In this document: positions 24,501-33,042 of the stretch, piece by piece
Layout: each line of letters opens with the position of its first letter
Numbering within the stretch: the stretch's first letter is position 1
DNA from: a virus
Strand: one strand, 5' to 3'
DNA length: 59,926 bases
Virus record (IMG/VR): IMGVR_UViG_3300045988_082950
Span: 1-59,926 of that record
Notes under the pieces: model-generated
What the model was told of the DNA's origin: nothing
What the model saw: only the letters and a program-made list of their open reading frames with translations
Database searches by the model: none
Program-made: the position numbers and the translations under genes

Positions 24501-25858
24501 ACCTCATACTGCCATCCGAATATTGAGCCTAACGCATTTGTAACAGTCTCCGCAAATGCAATTACATATTGCATGACTTGATTTAAAGTGCGCACAAATG
24601 GCTTGAATGCATTAATCAAAGCACCGCCTATAATGGATGCAAGCTGTTGGAATGACTGCGTAAGAACCGTAATTTGGTTATGCCATGTGTCTGCTGTCCG
24701 TGCAAAATCTCCCTGTGCGGCGGCTGTATTCTGCATGACATACTGGTATCGCAACATAGCCTTTTGCGCCTGTGTCATAGATGTAATATCAGCATCTAAT
24801 CCCTGTTTCAACGCCCATTCTTTTAGCGTTGCTTGTGTTAAATCAAGACCATATTTCCTTAAAGGTTCGGTTTCCCCAGTAAAGATAGCTTGTAAATTCC
24901 TTGCAACATCCGTCTGTGACATATCATAGAATGATGCCATGTCTGCGGTCAGCTTCGTTAATTCCAATGACATATTCGCCATGTTCTTTTGTGAGAATCC
25001 CATGGCAACGCCCATAGCTTGGAATCGGCTTGCTACCTGTTTTGCCGTCAGCTCGGACATACCAAAATCCTGTATGGATGTCTTGGAAAAGTCCTGTATC
25101 ATCTTCTCATAATTACCAAACGTAGTCCTTACAACGTTTTCTACTTCCGTCAATGAGGACGATATGTCGATTGCTTCCCCCAGCTTATGGAACGCTCTAA
25201 ACAATAGCCAGTATGATGCATATATTTTTCCAAAGGCAGAAGCAAGGGAAAAGCTGTTTATCTTTGCACTTTTAGCAGACTTGCTAAAAACATTCAGACT
25301 GCTTGCAAGGGAATTAGCCGCACGACCACTGGATGAACCTGTTCTTGCAAGTTTAGCCAGTGCATTTGTCATGTCAATAAGGTTTCTGTTTACTGTCGGT
25401 GCTTTGGAAAGTGTTGTCATAAGCTCCTGCATGGCAGTAGCAAGTTTAGGGATATTCTCTATAGCCTTAGTTGACGATTTATAACCTAACTGTGAAATTC
25501 CTCTTGCTAGTTGGGATATCTGTACAGTAGCAGAACTACTAGCCTGAATATTTCCAAATGCTTTACTAAGCTGGTTCATAGAGGATGCCGCACGATTGAT
25601 TTTTGCTGTGTCTACTGTCGACATCTTCTCTATGCCCTTTGCAAGCCGTGTAAAGTCAGTAGTCTTTACATTATTCATGCTCTGCATTGCACTTGAAAGC
25701 CTATTCACACTATTCGCAAGACCATTCAAATTACTGGTATTAATGCTGTTCAATGAAGTAGACAGTTTATCAAGTTTTGTAATCAGCTTGTCAATCGCAT
25801 TATTCGCCTTTGTTGCCTGCGCTTTGATTTGAATTTCCAGTGAATCAATCTCTGCCAT
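21587..25858 (-). CDS. tail tape measure protein
   Basis: 1423 aa. Alpha-helical and repeat-rich, with a hydrophobic/Gly-rich central region and W-rich repeats (WF.xEKW). Lies in the tail region downstream of the chaperone frameshift pair, separated from it by two inserted genes. Confidence 0.9.
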   Translation of the reverse strand: MAEIDSLEIQIKAQATKANNAIDKLITKLDKLSTSLNSINTSNLNGLANSVNRLSSAMQSMNNVKTTDFTRLAKGIEKMSTVDTAKINRAASSMNQLSKAFGNIQASSSATVQISQLARGISQLGYKSSTKAIENIPKLATAMQELMTTLSKAPTVNRNLIDMTNALAKLARTGSSSGRAANSLASSLNVFSKSAKSAKINSFSLASAFGKIYASYWLLFRAFHKLGEAIDISSSLTEVENVVRTTFGNYEKMIQDFSKTSIQDFGMSELTAKQVASRFQAMGVAMGFSQKNMANMSLELTKLTADMASFYDMSQTDVARNLQAIFTGETEPLRKYGLDLTQATLKEWALKQGLDADITSMTQAQKAMLRYQYVMQNTAAAQGDFARTADTWHNQITVLTQSFQQLASIIGGALINAFKPFVRTLNQVMQYVIAFAETVTNALGSIFGWQYEVSAGGVAEDWADGMDDFSDATGDAAKNAKKLKNNVLALDELNINSGDNDKSGSGAGGGANKVDKTQGGLVQVDTIFKGYESGIKSLEGLGKTINAALNKAMDNVDWNKIYKKADNFGKGLANFLNGLISPRLFSNVGKTIANSLNSALHFLDSFGTTFDWRNFGESLAEGVNSFFRNFDFGLLAHTINTWANGLLDTMITYLKKVKWSYIGYKIGDFISKIDFKGILSKVGQVIWQAINAAIETYIGIFSAAPIETAITTSVLLLKFTGLGASIAEKLKGVINTAIASVLESGITWSIAIPLSITLLANKLDSTFIDLELAKFGEEQSKKYGDTFNNIAEKAKNLTDRIRETNEAFREQINTKDENILFLETLADKYGALSSKTNLTADEQKLLTQYTQELISKMPELNEYYDSENEKLTITTDKLKELITQKEKQIRLEAISEQWKETLKQEAEAQMQVKENAQNLSKAQEDLAYWTGICNDELEKSGGNANLAPYQDEVSKASQAVEEFSNVLKENKQQLDLISEQSSFYEEMYNSISIGAEEAKTTARTNGQNVASEYASGISDNASMSTEEIDAMVNNATTQLESINNTAYDSGKNMVSEYSQGAKDESNSTDYSELGENIVAGITEPMGDSNSELTIGDVVSRFFDKFVGKIKDVFGIHSPAEEMKPLGENIFLGIIEGFTSLFDTFTEKINEFWENYVLPWFTVEKWTELLGNILVAAQTKWDEMVEWWNGTALVTWWEESVVPWFSLEKWLEVLNNVKESFNTKWTETSTQWVANLTKWWTVNVAPWFTKKKWDDVLSKVPVAFKDAFKAAANGAIGFLNGVIDGVESLVNRAIDGLKKLAEAASKIPGVSFSIDIPNVSFPRIPTFQTGGFPEDGLFMANHNELVGRFSNGKTAVASNEMIVAGIEEAAYRGFSRAYEDNNREATLLSEILDAVREGKEISIDGRSLVSAVEERSNRNGFSFA

Positions 25859-25951
25859 ACTGCACCTACTTTCAATTGTTAAAGTGAGTGACTATCTCCA
25901 ACTGATAGCCAGTAAAAAGGGCAGTAGACTATGACCTCTACCGCCCCTGTG

Positions 25952-26200
25952 TTAATTTAATTCAATTTTTTCAAGATATGCCCTATTTTCCAATAATGTC
26001 ATATAGTTCATCATATAATCCATTTGTTCATTATAGATTTCTCTAGGGCATGTAGGTGTAAAACCTAGTTCCTCGCTATCCAACTTATCAAGCATAGCTT
26101 TTAAGCCATTCACTCTGATTTTCAGTTGATAATATTCAGCCTTGAATCTTTCCTTGTAATCTGTGCTGTTCATCATTTCTACTGTTTCTGATAATTTCAT
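25952..26200 (-). CDS. hypothetical protein
   Basis: Track ORF. Confidence 0.6.
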   Translation of the reverse strand: MKLSETVEMMNSTDYKERFKAEYYQLKIRVNGLKAMLDKLDSEELGFTPTCPREIYNEQMDYMMNYMTLLENRAYLEKIELN

Positions 26201-26207
26201 TTATATT

Positions 26208-27083
26208 TCACCTCCTTAAATATTCTCTTGTTACTTTTCCTGCCTTGCAATCTACCGTGATTCCTACACGTTTTTGGAAAACTCCAATTGCATTAGCTGT
26301 ATCATTTCCCAATATGCCGTCAATATTGCTCTTGCCTTTTGCATTTGTGGCAGGCAGGCACTTATGATAGATAAGTTCCGTCTGTAGCCATTTCACATCA
26401 TCCCCACGCATACACGGGAATGTCTTGTACAATGTGCGTGTAGGCTCTGCATATGGGTTATTGTGCGTTTCGTAGACGGTCTGTAATTCGTTTAATTCCC
26501 TGTACCATACATTCATATCAACGTTGCCATTAATGCCGTTTACAACGCCTTTAGACGTGTACTGCCAGCCTACTATATTTTCAATCTGTGGCTGGTACTT
26601 CAAGTCCATGTTTCCCTTATTCTTTCCATATGCCGCAATCCACATAGGATATTTCACACCGCCATACGGCTTGATGTAGGAATTATAGAAAGACTTTCCA
26701 GTATACACACCGAAAGTCAGTCCATAACTTCTGATAACATCACCGTAAGCGTTGATAATGTCAATCAGCTTGCTTCCCAGTCCTTTCTGGCAGTTGTCCT
26801 CAACGTCCAGCCATACCATTGTCTCACGACCATTAAGAATTTCTGCTACTTTCCTTGCATCATTTCTAGCCTTTGTAACTGTTGTCGCATAGCTGTAGTT
26901 GTAAACGCCCTGTACAGTTATTCCATTGGCTTTACAGCCTGTCCAGTTAGCTTCAAACTGCTTATCACGGTTTAAATCTTTACGGATGATTTTAAGGATA
27001 GCAAACTGGATGCCGCCTGCCTTGACTTTTGCCCAGTCAATAGTTCCCTGATATGCCGATACATCTATACCAATATAACTCAT
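26208..27083 (-). CDS. GH25 muramidase endolysin with C-terminal peptidoglycan-binding domain
   Basis: GIDVSAYQGTIDWAKVKAGGIQFAILKI is a GH25 signature. C-terminal IDGILGNDTANAIGVFQKRVGITVDCKAGKVT is PG_binding_1-like. Confidence 0.85.
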   Translation of the reverse strand: MSYIGIDVSAYQGTIDWAKVKAGGIQFAILKIIRKDLNRDKQFEANWTGCKANGITVQGVYNYSYATTVTKARNDARKVAEILNGRETMVWLDVEDNCQKGLGSKLIDIINAYGDVIRSYGLTFGVYTGKSFYNSYIKPYGGVKYPMWIAAYGKNKGNMDLKYQPQIENIVGWQYTSKGVVNGINGNVDMNVWYRELNELQTVYETHNNPYAEPTRTLYKTFPCMRGDDVKWLQTELIYHKCLPATNAKGKSNIDGILGNDTANAIGVFQKRVGITVDCKAGKVTREYLRR

Positions 27084-27089
27084 TTTTTA

Positions 27090-27898
27090 TCATTCCTTTT
27101 CAAATGGTTTTGGTAAATGACGCTGTTGTGCGTTTGCAATCCACATTTGCTCTGCCAGTAAAGCCTTACGAATTTTTGTATCGTAATCCTCCTCTTTTCT
27201 GTATCTATCAGCAGCATGTTTTATATACTCTGTCTTTGCTTTTTTACCATTCAAGCAATGTTCAATAGAATAAGTCATAGCAGAAATGAAGTAATCTCCG
27301 CACCAACGCCATATATCATTTTCACGTTTTTGGTCTTCCAACTCATAAGCTAACTCATATGGATGTAAGTCTGTCGGACAAGACCAGTCTATATCATGTA
27401 CCGTGAGTCCATACCCCTTAGTTACAGCAAGCCAATAAGGACGTATTTCCTCACAGTATAATTTCCATGTTAATTCCCGGCTTTCTCCTTGCTGTCCGAG
27501 TTCGCCTGTGCTTTCTCCACTTCCTTCTCGAACAATTTCTTTAAAAAACCATTAGCCGTTAATTCCTCCTGCAATTCTGTATAAAAGTCTGTGATATCTA
27601 CATCACCAGTATCTACATAATCGCCTACAAGAGAGAATGCCTTTTCCTTTGCTTCTTCGTAGCCATCGTTTGTGTCAAGATTGTAGCCAAACTCATCAGA
27701 ATGGAATTTCTGCAAACCAATCAAAACAACATCAGGAAGAAATAAAAGCATATCTTCAATCTGCTCTAAATTGTTTTCTGCCCCATTATTCATTCCTACA
27801 GCCATTTTTGCAAATCTCGAAAGAAGTCTTGATTTAACTGTTGGAATATAAACAAACTGTATTGTGTACTCTTTATCTTTAACCTTAATTTTCATCAT
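27090..27898 (-). CDS. tail assembly chaperone, -1 frameshift product (GT-like)
   Basis: A slip at T TTT TTA (27542-27548) enters a frame that is open, by my hand translation, through ...FFKEIVREGSGEST...ELTWKLYCEEIRPYW... into track ORF 27090-27341. Confidence 0.65.
27470..27898 (-). CDS. tail assembly chaperone (G-like, zero-frame product)
   Basis: Directly downstream of the major tail protein. Start at ATG 27898 (MMKIKVKDKEY). Confidence 0.7.
   Translation of the reverse strand: MMKIKVKDKEYTIQFVYIPTVKSRLLSRFAKMAVGMNNGAENNLEQIEDMLLFLPDVVLIGLQKFHSDEFGYNLDTNDGYEEAKEKAFSLVGDYVDTGDVDITDFYTELQEELTANGFLKKLFEKEVEKAQANSDSKEKAGN
27542..27548 (-). other. -1 programmed frameshift slippery heptamer U UUU UUA
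   Basis: GGT TTT TTA AAG in the zero frame has correct X XXY YYZ phasing. Confidence 0.65.
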
Positions 27899-27974
27899 AT
27901 TATTTCCCTTTCCCTTACTATTAGTAAGAAAGGGGGCAGTCCTAAGACCGCCCCTGTTTTTATACAATTTTAAT

Positions 27975-28457
27975 TTACGCTGCTGTTACAGTAAATGTAC
28001 CGTCTTTATTGTCTGTAACTGTGTAATCATCCGTACATTCAATTGCGGAAGTGTTTGGAATGACGGTAACTGTCATTTCCAAAATTTCATCTACACCGCC
28101 GACATCGTTAGGTGTAGCGGTTGCCTGACCTACATATGCGTACTTTGCAGTTCCGCCAATTCCATCAGTTCCATACAAATGAAAAATATCCAGCTTCTTT
28201 CCTGCTAATCCATTAATATCGTGTAAATACTTCTTTTCAAGATTTCCTGTTATTTCCCTTGAATCCGCTGTTTTAATACCCATTTCAAAAGTCTGTGTAT
28301 CATCTTCCAATGTTGTAGATTCTACAGTATTTGGAGTAGACGCAGGAGAAGGGATTGATTTTGCACGAACCAATAATTTATATGTTCCTGAAAAATCAGA
28401 AGATGCCGCTGTATGTTCCTTGTAGATTACTCTAGCAAGATAACTTGTATCTGCCAT
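27975..28457 (-). CDS. major tail protein
   Basis: 160 aa, immediately upstream of the chaperone pair. Beta-rich. The call is by position. Confidence 0.65.
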   Translation of the reverse strand: MADTSYLARVIYKEHTAASSDFSGTYKLLVRAKSIPSPASTPNTVESTTLEDDTQTFEMGIKTADSREITGNLEKKYLHDINGLAGKKLDIFHLYGTDGIGGTAKYAYVGQATATPNDVGGVDEILEMTVTVIPNTSAIECTDDYTVTDNKDGTFTVTAA

Positions 28458-28524
28458 ATATGCCGTCCTTTCTACCGCTAATTAATGCGGTCAGTGACAC
28501 ACTCTGTTGTGTGCCAGTTAATAG

Positions 28525-28947
28525 TTATTGTAATGGGTCAAGCGAACCGATTGTTCGTGTAGCCCTAAATGTAGCAGTCCTTATTTTATTCGTAATCGTA
28601 TAAACAGGATTGCTTATTTCAAACCGTTTCCACTTAAAAAAATTGATTGCAGTTGCGGTCATATTAACTAATGCTTCTCTATCAGACTGACTCTCGCCTT
28701 GATAGTTTATCGTTACCTGGAACGTGGGTCTTATAGCATTGATAGTATCTCCTGCAATGTCCTTCCCTGCTTCAACTGCGCCTATCTGACGCATAAGAAC
28801 TGTTGGAAACTTCGGCGTTCCTGTGATTGCTTCATCCTGCGTGATGTACAGATTTTTGTACTTACTGCCATATGCAAGTTTCATCTCATGCGAAAACATA
28901 TTGAAAATCTGGTCTTGCAATCGTAAAGCCCATGAATTATCAATCAA
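28525..28947 (-). CDS. neck/tail-completion protein (position-based)
   Basis: Track ORF between the gp10-like protein and the major tail protein. Confidence 0.5.
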   Translation of the reverse strand: MIDNSWALRLQDQIFNMFSHEMKLAYGSKYKNLYITQDEAITGTPKFPTVLMRQIGAVEAGKDIAGDTINAIRPTFQVTINYQGESQSDREALVNMTATAINFFKWKRFEISNPVYTITNKIRTATFRATRTIGSLDPLQ

Positions 28948-29473
28948 CGGTGAACACCTCCTTTGCAGTTTCCATTATCAAGTTTCTAAGTTCATTAGCC
29001 GTGTAGTACATGAACGGTCTGCTAGGCATACCCTCTGTAAACCACCATTGACCGTTATCGTCACGGTAAAACCAACCGTAACGACCGTCTGCTAACTGCC
29101 TTATAGTCTTACCGCTTGCATATTCCCATGTAACACCGTCTGGTAGTTCTCCCGGATATGGGGATTCCTGTCCTACAATTCCTGTTCCGAACTCAACGAA
29201 CAATGCTGATTCATCATCAGCTATAACCGAGTATACGCCACCGCCTTTTATATCTCTTACGTGCTCTGAATGAATACTTCTCATCAAATCACCAGTAAAT
29301 ACTGCATCAAGGTCTGTTACTTGCAATCTTGCAATCTCTACGCCCTTTTCAGCGAGTTTTTCAGCTAACATCCTACATTTATACTCCAATGAATATTGAT
29401 AGCTTCTCAGCTCCTTTATGACGTTCTGTACGGATTTCTGTGATAATGTCATGGAGATAACTTTCTTTGCCAT
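28940..29473 (-). CDS. HK97 gp10-like head-tail joining protein
   Basis: TGDLMRSI...ALFVEFGTG...GMPSRPFM resembles the gp10-family pattern. Confidence 0.6.
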   Translation of the reverse strand: MAKKVISMTLSQKSVQNVIKELRSYQYSLEYKCRMLAEKLAEKGVEIARLQVTDLDAVFTGDLMRSIHSEHVRDIKGGGVYSVIADDESALFVEFGTGIVGQESPYPGELPDGVTWEYASGKTIRQLADGRYGWFYRDDNGQWWFTEGMPSRPFMYYTANELRNLIMETAKEVFTVD

Positions 29474-29481
29474 ACGTCCAC

Positions 29482-29799
29482 CTATATTGCTTCAATCTCT
29501 TTGAATACTTGCAACATTTTAGGAAACTGAATTGCGATCCAGTTAACTAGTTCTTCATTAGATGAATAATCATCTAATCCAGACTCACTAAAAAAAGCAT
29601 GAATTACTTCATGCCTTAAAACTTCGTTAAATCTTTTTTTCTTTGTTTCCATGGAATCATCATCACACAGCATTGCTCCTACATTTCTAACTGTAATTTT
29701 TTTGTCGTATTCTTTACAAAGTCCATCACAATTAGTTTTTTCTAATGTATCGTCAATATCAATGCTATATTCAGTTCCCAAAATATTTACATTCTTCAT
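29482..29799 (-). CDS. small HExxH protein (putative Zn-metallopeptidase-like)
   Basis: LRHEVIHAFF contains HExxH. Same size and layout as 49336-49659. Confidence 0.55.
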   Translation of the reverse strand: MKNVNILGTEYSIDIDDTLEKTNCDGLCKEYDKKITVRNVGAMLCDDDSMETKKKRFNEVLRHEVIHAFFSESGLDDYSSNEELVNWIAIQFPKMLQVFKEIEAI

Positions 29800-29807
29800 G
29801 TTACCAC

Positions 29808-30266
29808 CTACTTAACAACTTTCTGTAACAGGAATAAATCTGCTGTCAGTCCCTCATCAGCTACGCCCTTTACAATGTAATCTGCGCTGTTCTCGTCTGG
29901 CAATCCATCATCATTCAGAATGACTTCTGATTTCTTCCATACGATATCACCATTGTTGATAGGCAGATATCCTTTATCTGTAACAATCTGTACATATGAT
30001 GTACTATCGTCTATGCCGAATTGCTTTACTAATACTTCTGACAGCTTATTACTGATATTTGCATAGAACGTAACTGGTTCAGAGAATCCGCTTACTTCCT
30101 TTGTCTTTGGAATCGGATTGCCCTGTGAATCAAGGTATGGTATGAAGTTCCCACTTGCGTCCGTATATCCCTCATACACTGGGTTTCCATATTCGTCAGT
30201 TTCCTCAACGGTCACGGTCTGACCCTGCAAGGCGTATTTCATTTTCTGCTTATTAATATCAAGCAT
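29808..30266 (-). CDS. hypothetical head-tail module protein
   Basis: Track ORF. Confidence 0.55.
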   Translation of the reverse strand: MLDINKQKMKYALQGQTVTVEETDEYGNPVYEGYTDASGNFIPYLDSQGNPIPKTKEVSGFSEPVTFYANISNKLSEVLVKQFGIDDSTSYVQIVTDKGYLPINNGDIVWKKSEVILNDDGLPDENSADYIVKGVADEGLTADLFLLQKVVK

Positions 30267-30525
30267 TTTTTACCTGTTTGTAAATCTGATTTACGCCTGT
30301 GCTTGCCAATCCCGATACAATGCCGACTGCAATAGCATTCAGCACGTCATTTGCTGGAAAATCAGCAATTACGTACATTCCGACTACTCCTAAGATGCCG
30401 CCTGCCACACCTACGATAATCGGGATGTAATTGTCCTTTACGTTCGGGATTGCTTTAGCTGCAAGACCAATCAAATAAGTAATCACTACGATTGACACAA
30501 CCGTAGATACCTGTGCAAAATCCAT
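30259..30525 (-). CDS. holin-like small membrane protein
   Basis: 88 aa with hydrophobic helices (VVSIVVITYLIGLAA; IPIIVGVAGGILGVVGMYVI; AIAVGIVSGLASTG) and a polar tail NQIYKQVKNA. Confidence 0.6.
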   Translation of the reverse strand: MDFAQVSTVVSIVVITYLIGLAAKAIPNVKDNYIPIIVGVAGGILGVVGMYVIADFPANDVLNAIAVGIVSGLASTGVNQIYKQVKNA

Positions 30526-30531
30526 AATCTA

Positions 30532-30849
30532 TCACTCCTTGTCCTCAAATCTTTTTACAAGCTCATCTATTCTGTGGTGCGCCTGTTTTGCGCTTTCCTC
30601 AACCTTTACAATTCTGTTATCATGAGAATTAAGTTCTTTTCTCATTTCTGTAATTTCATTTTTAATGTCTGTCGTATTGGTTGATATAGAATCAAGCTTC
30701 ATGTTTATTCGTGTGTTTTCCCTGACACGTTCCTCAATTTCTGAATTATCGGATTTCTTGTTTTTTTTCAAATTAAGAAACAAGCTTACCAATCCAAAAA
30801 AGACGGAAAAAGCAACTGATATGATGCTTATAATAACTGCTGTTGGCAT
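30532..30849 (-). CDS. membrane-anchored coiled-coil protein (XhlA-like holin accessory?)
   Basis: Start at MPTAVIISIISVAFSVFFGLVSLFL (TM), then coiled coil. Adjacent to the holin-like gene. Confidence 0.5.
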   Translation of the reverse strand: MPTAVIISIISVAFSVFFGLVSLFLNLKKNKKSDNSEIEERVRENTRINMKLDSISTNTTDIKNEITEMRKELNSHDNRIVKVEESAKQAHHRIDELVKRFEDKE

Positions 30850-30970
30850 TGATATACCGTCCTTTCTTTTTAATGGCGCACCGCCCTCCACCTCTTACTG
30901 TGCTCCGCCTACGACCATCTTACTGGTATCAGTAAAAAGGTCATGCACAATCTTCTTTTTTTCATACAAT

Positions 30971-31348
30971 TCAGAGAGCTTTAACATGCCAAGAAATATC
31001 ATAATAACATAATATGTCTTCTTTGCTATTCCATGTTCTTGTTATTCCATTTTCTGAATAGCTGGCACTGTAATCCGCTCCTAATTTGTTACGATCATAA
31101 AGCGCAAGCTCAACAATAGCTTCTTCTTTCTTTTTTAAGTATTCTTCTTTTTTTGCGCTTGATATTCCAGAAGCATTTATTACTAATTGCTCATTTTGAT
31201 ATAACAGTAACTCAATAAGTGGGTTATCTTCCTTACGATCGAATACAGTAACATCAGACACAATCCCTGTGTCGGGGTCTGTGACTTCCTCCATATGAAA
31301 TTGTCCTAATCTGATTTTTACTTGTTGTAAAATACTGTATTTTTCCAT
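30971..31348 (-). CDS. head-tail connector (gp6-like)
   Basis: ..SYSENGITRTWNSKEDIL.. resembles the gp6-like connector pattern. Lies after the capsid gene. Confidence 0.55.
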   Translation of the reverse strand: MEKYSILQQVKIRLGQFHMEEVTDPDTGIVSDVTVFDRKEDNPLIELLLYQNEQLVINASGISSAKKEEYLKKKEEAIVELALYDRNKLGADYSASYSENGITRTWNSKEDILCYYDISWHVKAL

Positions 31349-31357
31349 GGCAACCCC

Positions 31358-31597
31358 TTATAAGCTCATCAATTCAATAAGCATTTTCTTTAAATCCGCA
31401 CCGCTAAAGGAATCAGCATTCTCAATTCCTTTTTCTCCTGCTAACTTCTGTAAGTCAGCAGTACTCATGCGATTAATGTCGGTCTTTGTATATGGCTGAT
31501 TTTCTGTTTTAACTTCCTTATCAGCATTTCCGTCTGGCACTTCTGTTCCTGCTGGATACCAAACACCGTTTTTATTTACGATATACGGATACTTCAT
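31358..31597 (-). CDS. small protein with C-terminal HeH/SAP-like motif
   Basis: MSTADLQKLAGEKGIENADSFSGADLKKMLIELM resembles Rho-N/HeH helices. Confidence 0.55.
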   Translation of the reverse strand: MKYPYIVNKNGVWYPAGTEVPDGNADKEVKTENQPYTKTDINRMSTADLQKLAGEKGIENADSFSGADLKKMLIELMSL

Positions 31598-31612
31598 CCT
31601 AGATACCTCCTA

Positions 31613-32683
31613 CTAAGCAGAATGTACTTCTATTACAAATGTTGAATCCATATTCTCATAAGAAGGAAGCACGATTTCTGAAGCTGTAACAGATGTGATT
31701 GCAGGAGGACCGTATTCAACTTTCTTAGCAATTGCAATTCCCATACCATACATAGAAACATCTACATCAGCAACCTGTGAAGCTGTTCTTTCTTCTGGAG
31801 TAGTTCCAAACCAAGTATTGCCAAGAGAACCACTTGGTAGTAACGTAACCTTATTGTCAGGGTAGAAATACTGTTCGTTTCCCTCATCGTCAATGTACAT
31901 CTTGTCGTAAAGAACAATAGTAAGTTTTGTTCTTGATTTTGTGATAGAGACAACATTATCATCTGTAAGTTCAATGTTTGCCGTTAAGTTCTGCGCAAGA
32001 ATACCATTTTTGACCTGCGCATTTTCTAACAGATAATTAAATGTGTTAGAATTCATAAGCGCATAGGTAGCAATCTTTCCTAATTTTGCAAGTGCTTTTC
32101 TTGCATTATTAAGGTCAGTGAGTGGCTTAGAATTTGTAGTATCGCTCCACATAGCCGTGTCTTGCAATTTTAAGTAATGCTTCTTTGTGTATTCTCCGTT
32201 AGGGTCATAATCATACTCATACTTAACACCGTCAGATTCAATACCGATTGTAGGATGTCCATTTGTTGTTGAGAGAAGAGACATTCTCATTCTTTCTGGC
32301 ACGACTTCCGCTCCGCTCACAAGAGTATTAGTGTCATCATAAATACTCTGCAATACACCCTGCAAATACGGATCGTTTTCATCTTTGATTCTATCAATTT
32401 CCTGTGCATCCTCTTCTGTGACAATCATCTGTTCACGGAAAAATGCCATCTGTGTTTTTTCTGTCTTTAATCCGCCCCTTGCTCTGATTGTTGGCAGCGC
32501 ATCAAAATTAGACGGTTTCAGTGATACAGGGAGTCCCTTGTGTGTCTTAATCCACTTTAAATCAAGACCTGACTTTTTCTTCTCTGGAAACCACTGTAAA
32601 CCAAGATAAGGAATTGTATTGCTTGCGTTTTCTGTAGCCGCAAGTGCAATAGCCTTTGTATTTACTACTTCATTTACTAGCAT
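31613..32683 (-). CDS. major capsid protein (lambda gpE-like family)
   Basis: 356 aa. AGGAGGT lies 7 nt upstream. YLGLQWFPEKKKSGLDLKWIKT...AFFREQMIVTEEDAQEI resembles capsid-E-family N-termini. Follows scaffold and decoration genes. Confidence 0.8.
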   Translation of the reverse strand: MLVNEVVNTKAIALAATENASNTIPYLGLQWFPEKKKSGLDLKWIKTHKGLPVSLKPSNFDALPTIRARGGLKTEKTQMAFFREQMIVTEEDAQEIDRIKDENDPYLQGVLQSIYDDTNTLVSGAEVVPERMRMSLLSTTNGHPTIGIESDGVKYEYDYDPNGEYTKKHYLKLQDTAMWSDTTNSKPLTDLNNARKALAKLGKIATYALMNSNTFNYLLENAQVKNGILAQNLTANIELTDDNVVSITKSRTKLTIVLYDKMYIDDEGNEQYFYPDNKVTLLPSGSLGNTWFGTTPEERTASQVADVDVSMYGMGIAIAKKVEYGPPAITSVTASEIVLPSYENMDSTFVIEVHSA

Positions 32684-32702
32684 TATTTTTACCTCCTGTT
32701 AA

Positions 32703-33041
32703 TTATTCAAAAATAATCATTGGCAATGCCGCTTTTGCAACTTCCGCAATTTCAACACCTGAATGTGTCTGCGCAATTGTTTTGTCAATATATGCCTTTT
32801 TAAGCAACGTTCCCTGTGGTCTATCTTCTGTAACGTCATGTAATAAGATTCCCACTACTGTAGCCGTGTTATCTGCTACTCCTGTAGAACCGATAGGGGT
32901 TCCTGCTTTTACAACCTTTTTTCCGTTTGCCAGTTTTGTATCAACGCTTGTAAAATCAAGTGTCATAGGGATTCCTTCAAACGGCTTTCTTTTTAAGATT
33001 TCAACATCGCCAGCGTATGTTGTCTGCTCAAACTGCATCAT
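32703..33041 (-). CDS. putative head decoration protein
   Basis: 112 aa, between the scaffold and capsid genes. Confidence 0.5.
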   Translation of the reverse strand: MMQFEQTTYAGDVEILKRKPFEGIPMTLDFTSVDTKLANGKKVVKAGTPIGSTGVADNTATVVGILLHDVTEDRPQGTLLKKAYIDKTIAQTHSGVEIAEVAKAALPMIIFE

Positions 33042-33042
33042 C

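Noticed and set aside
21534-25832. Many plus-strand track ORFs inside the tape measure gene (e.g. 21534-22172, 23292-23771, 23910-24581, 24588-24929, 25164-25484)
   Set aside because: They are antisense shadows of a 1423-aa minus-strand gene. They are Ser/Leu/Phe/Pro-rich and low in complexity, have no RBS, and would overlap the real gene completely.
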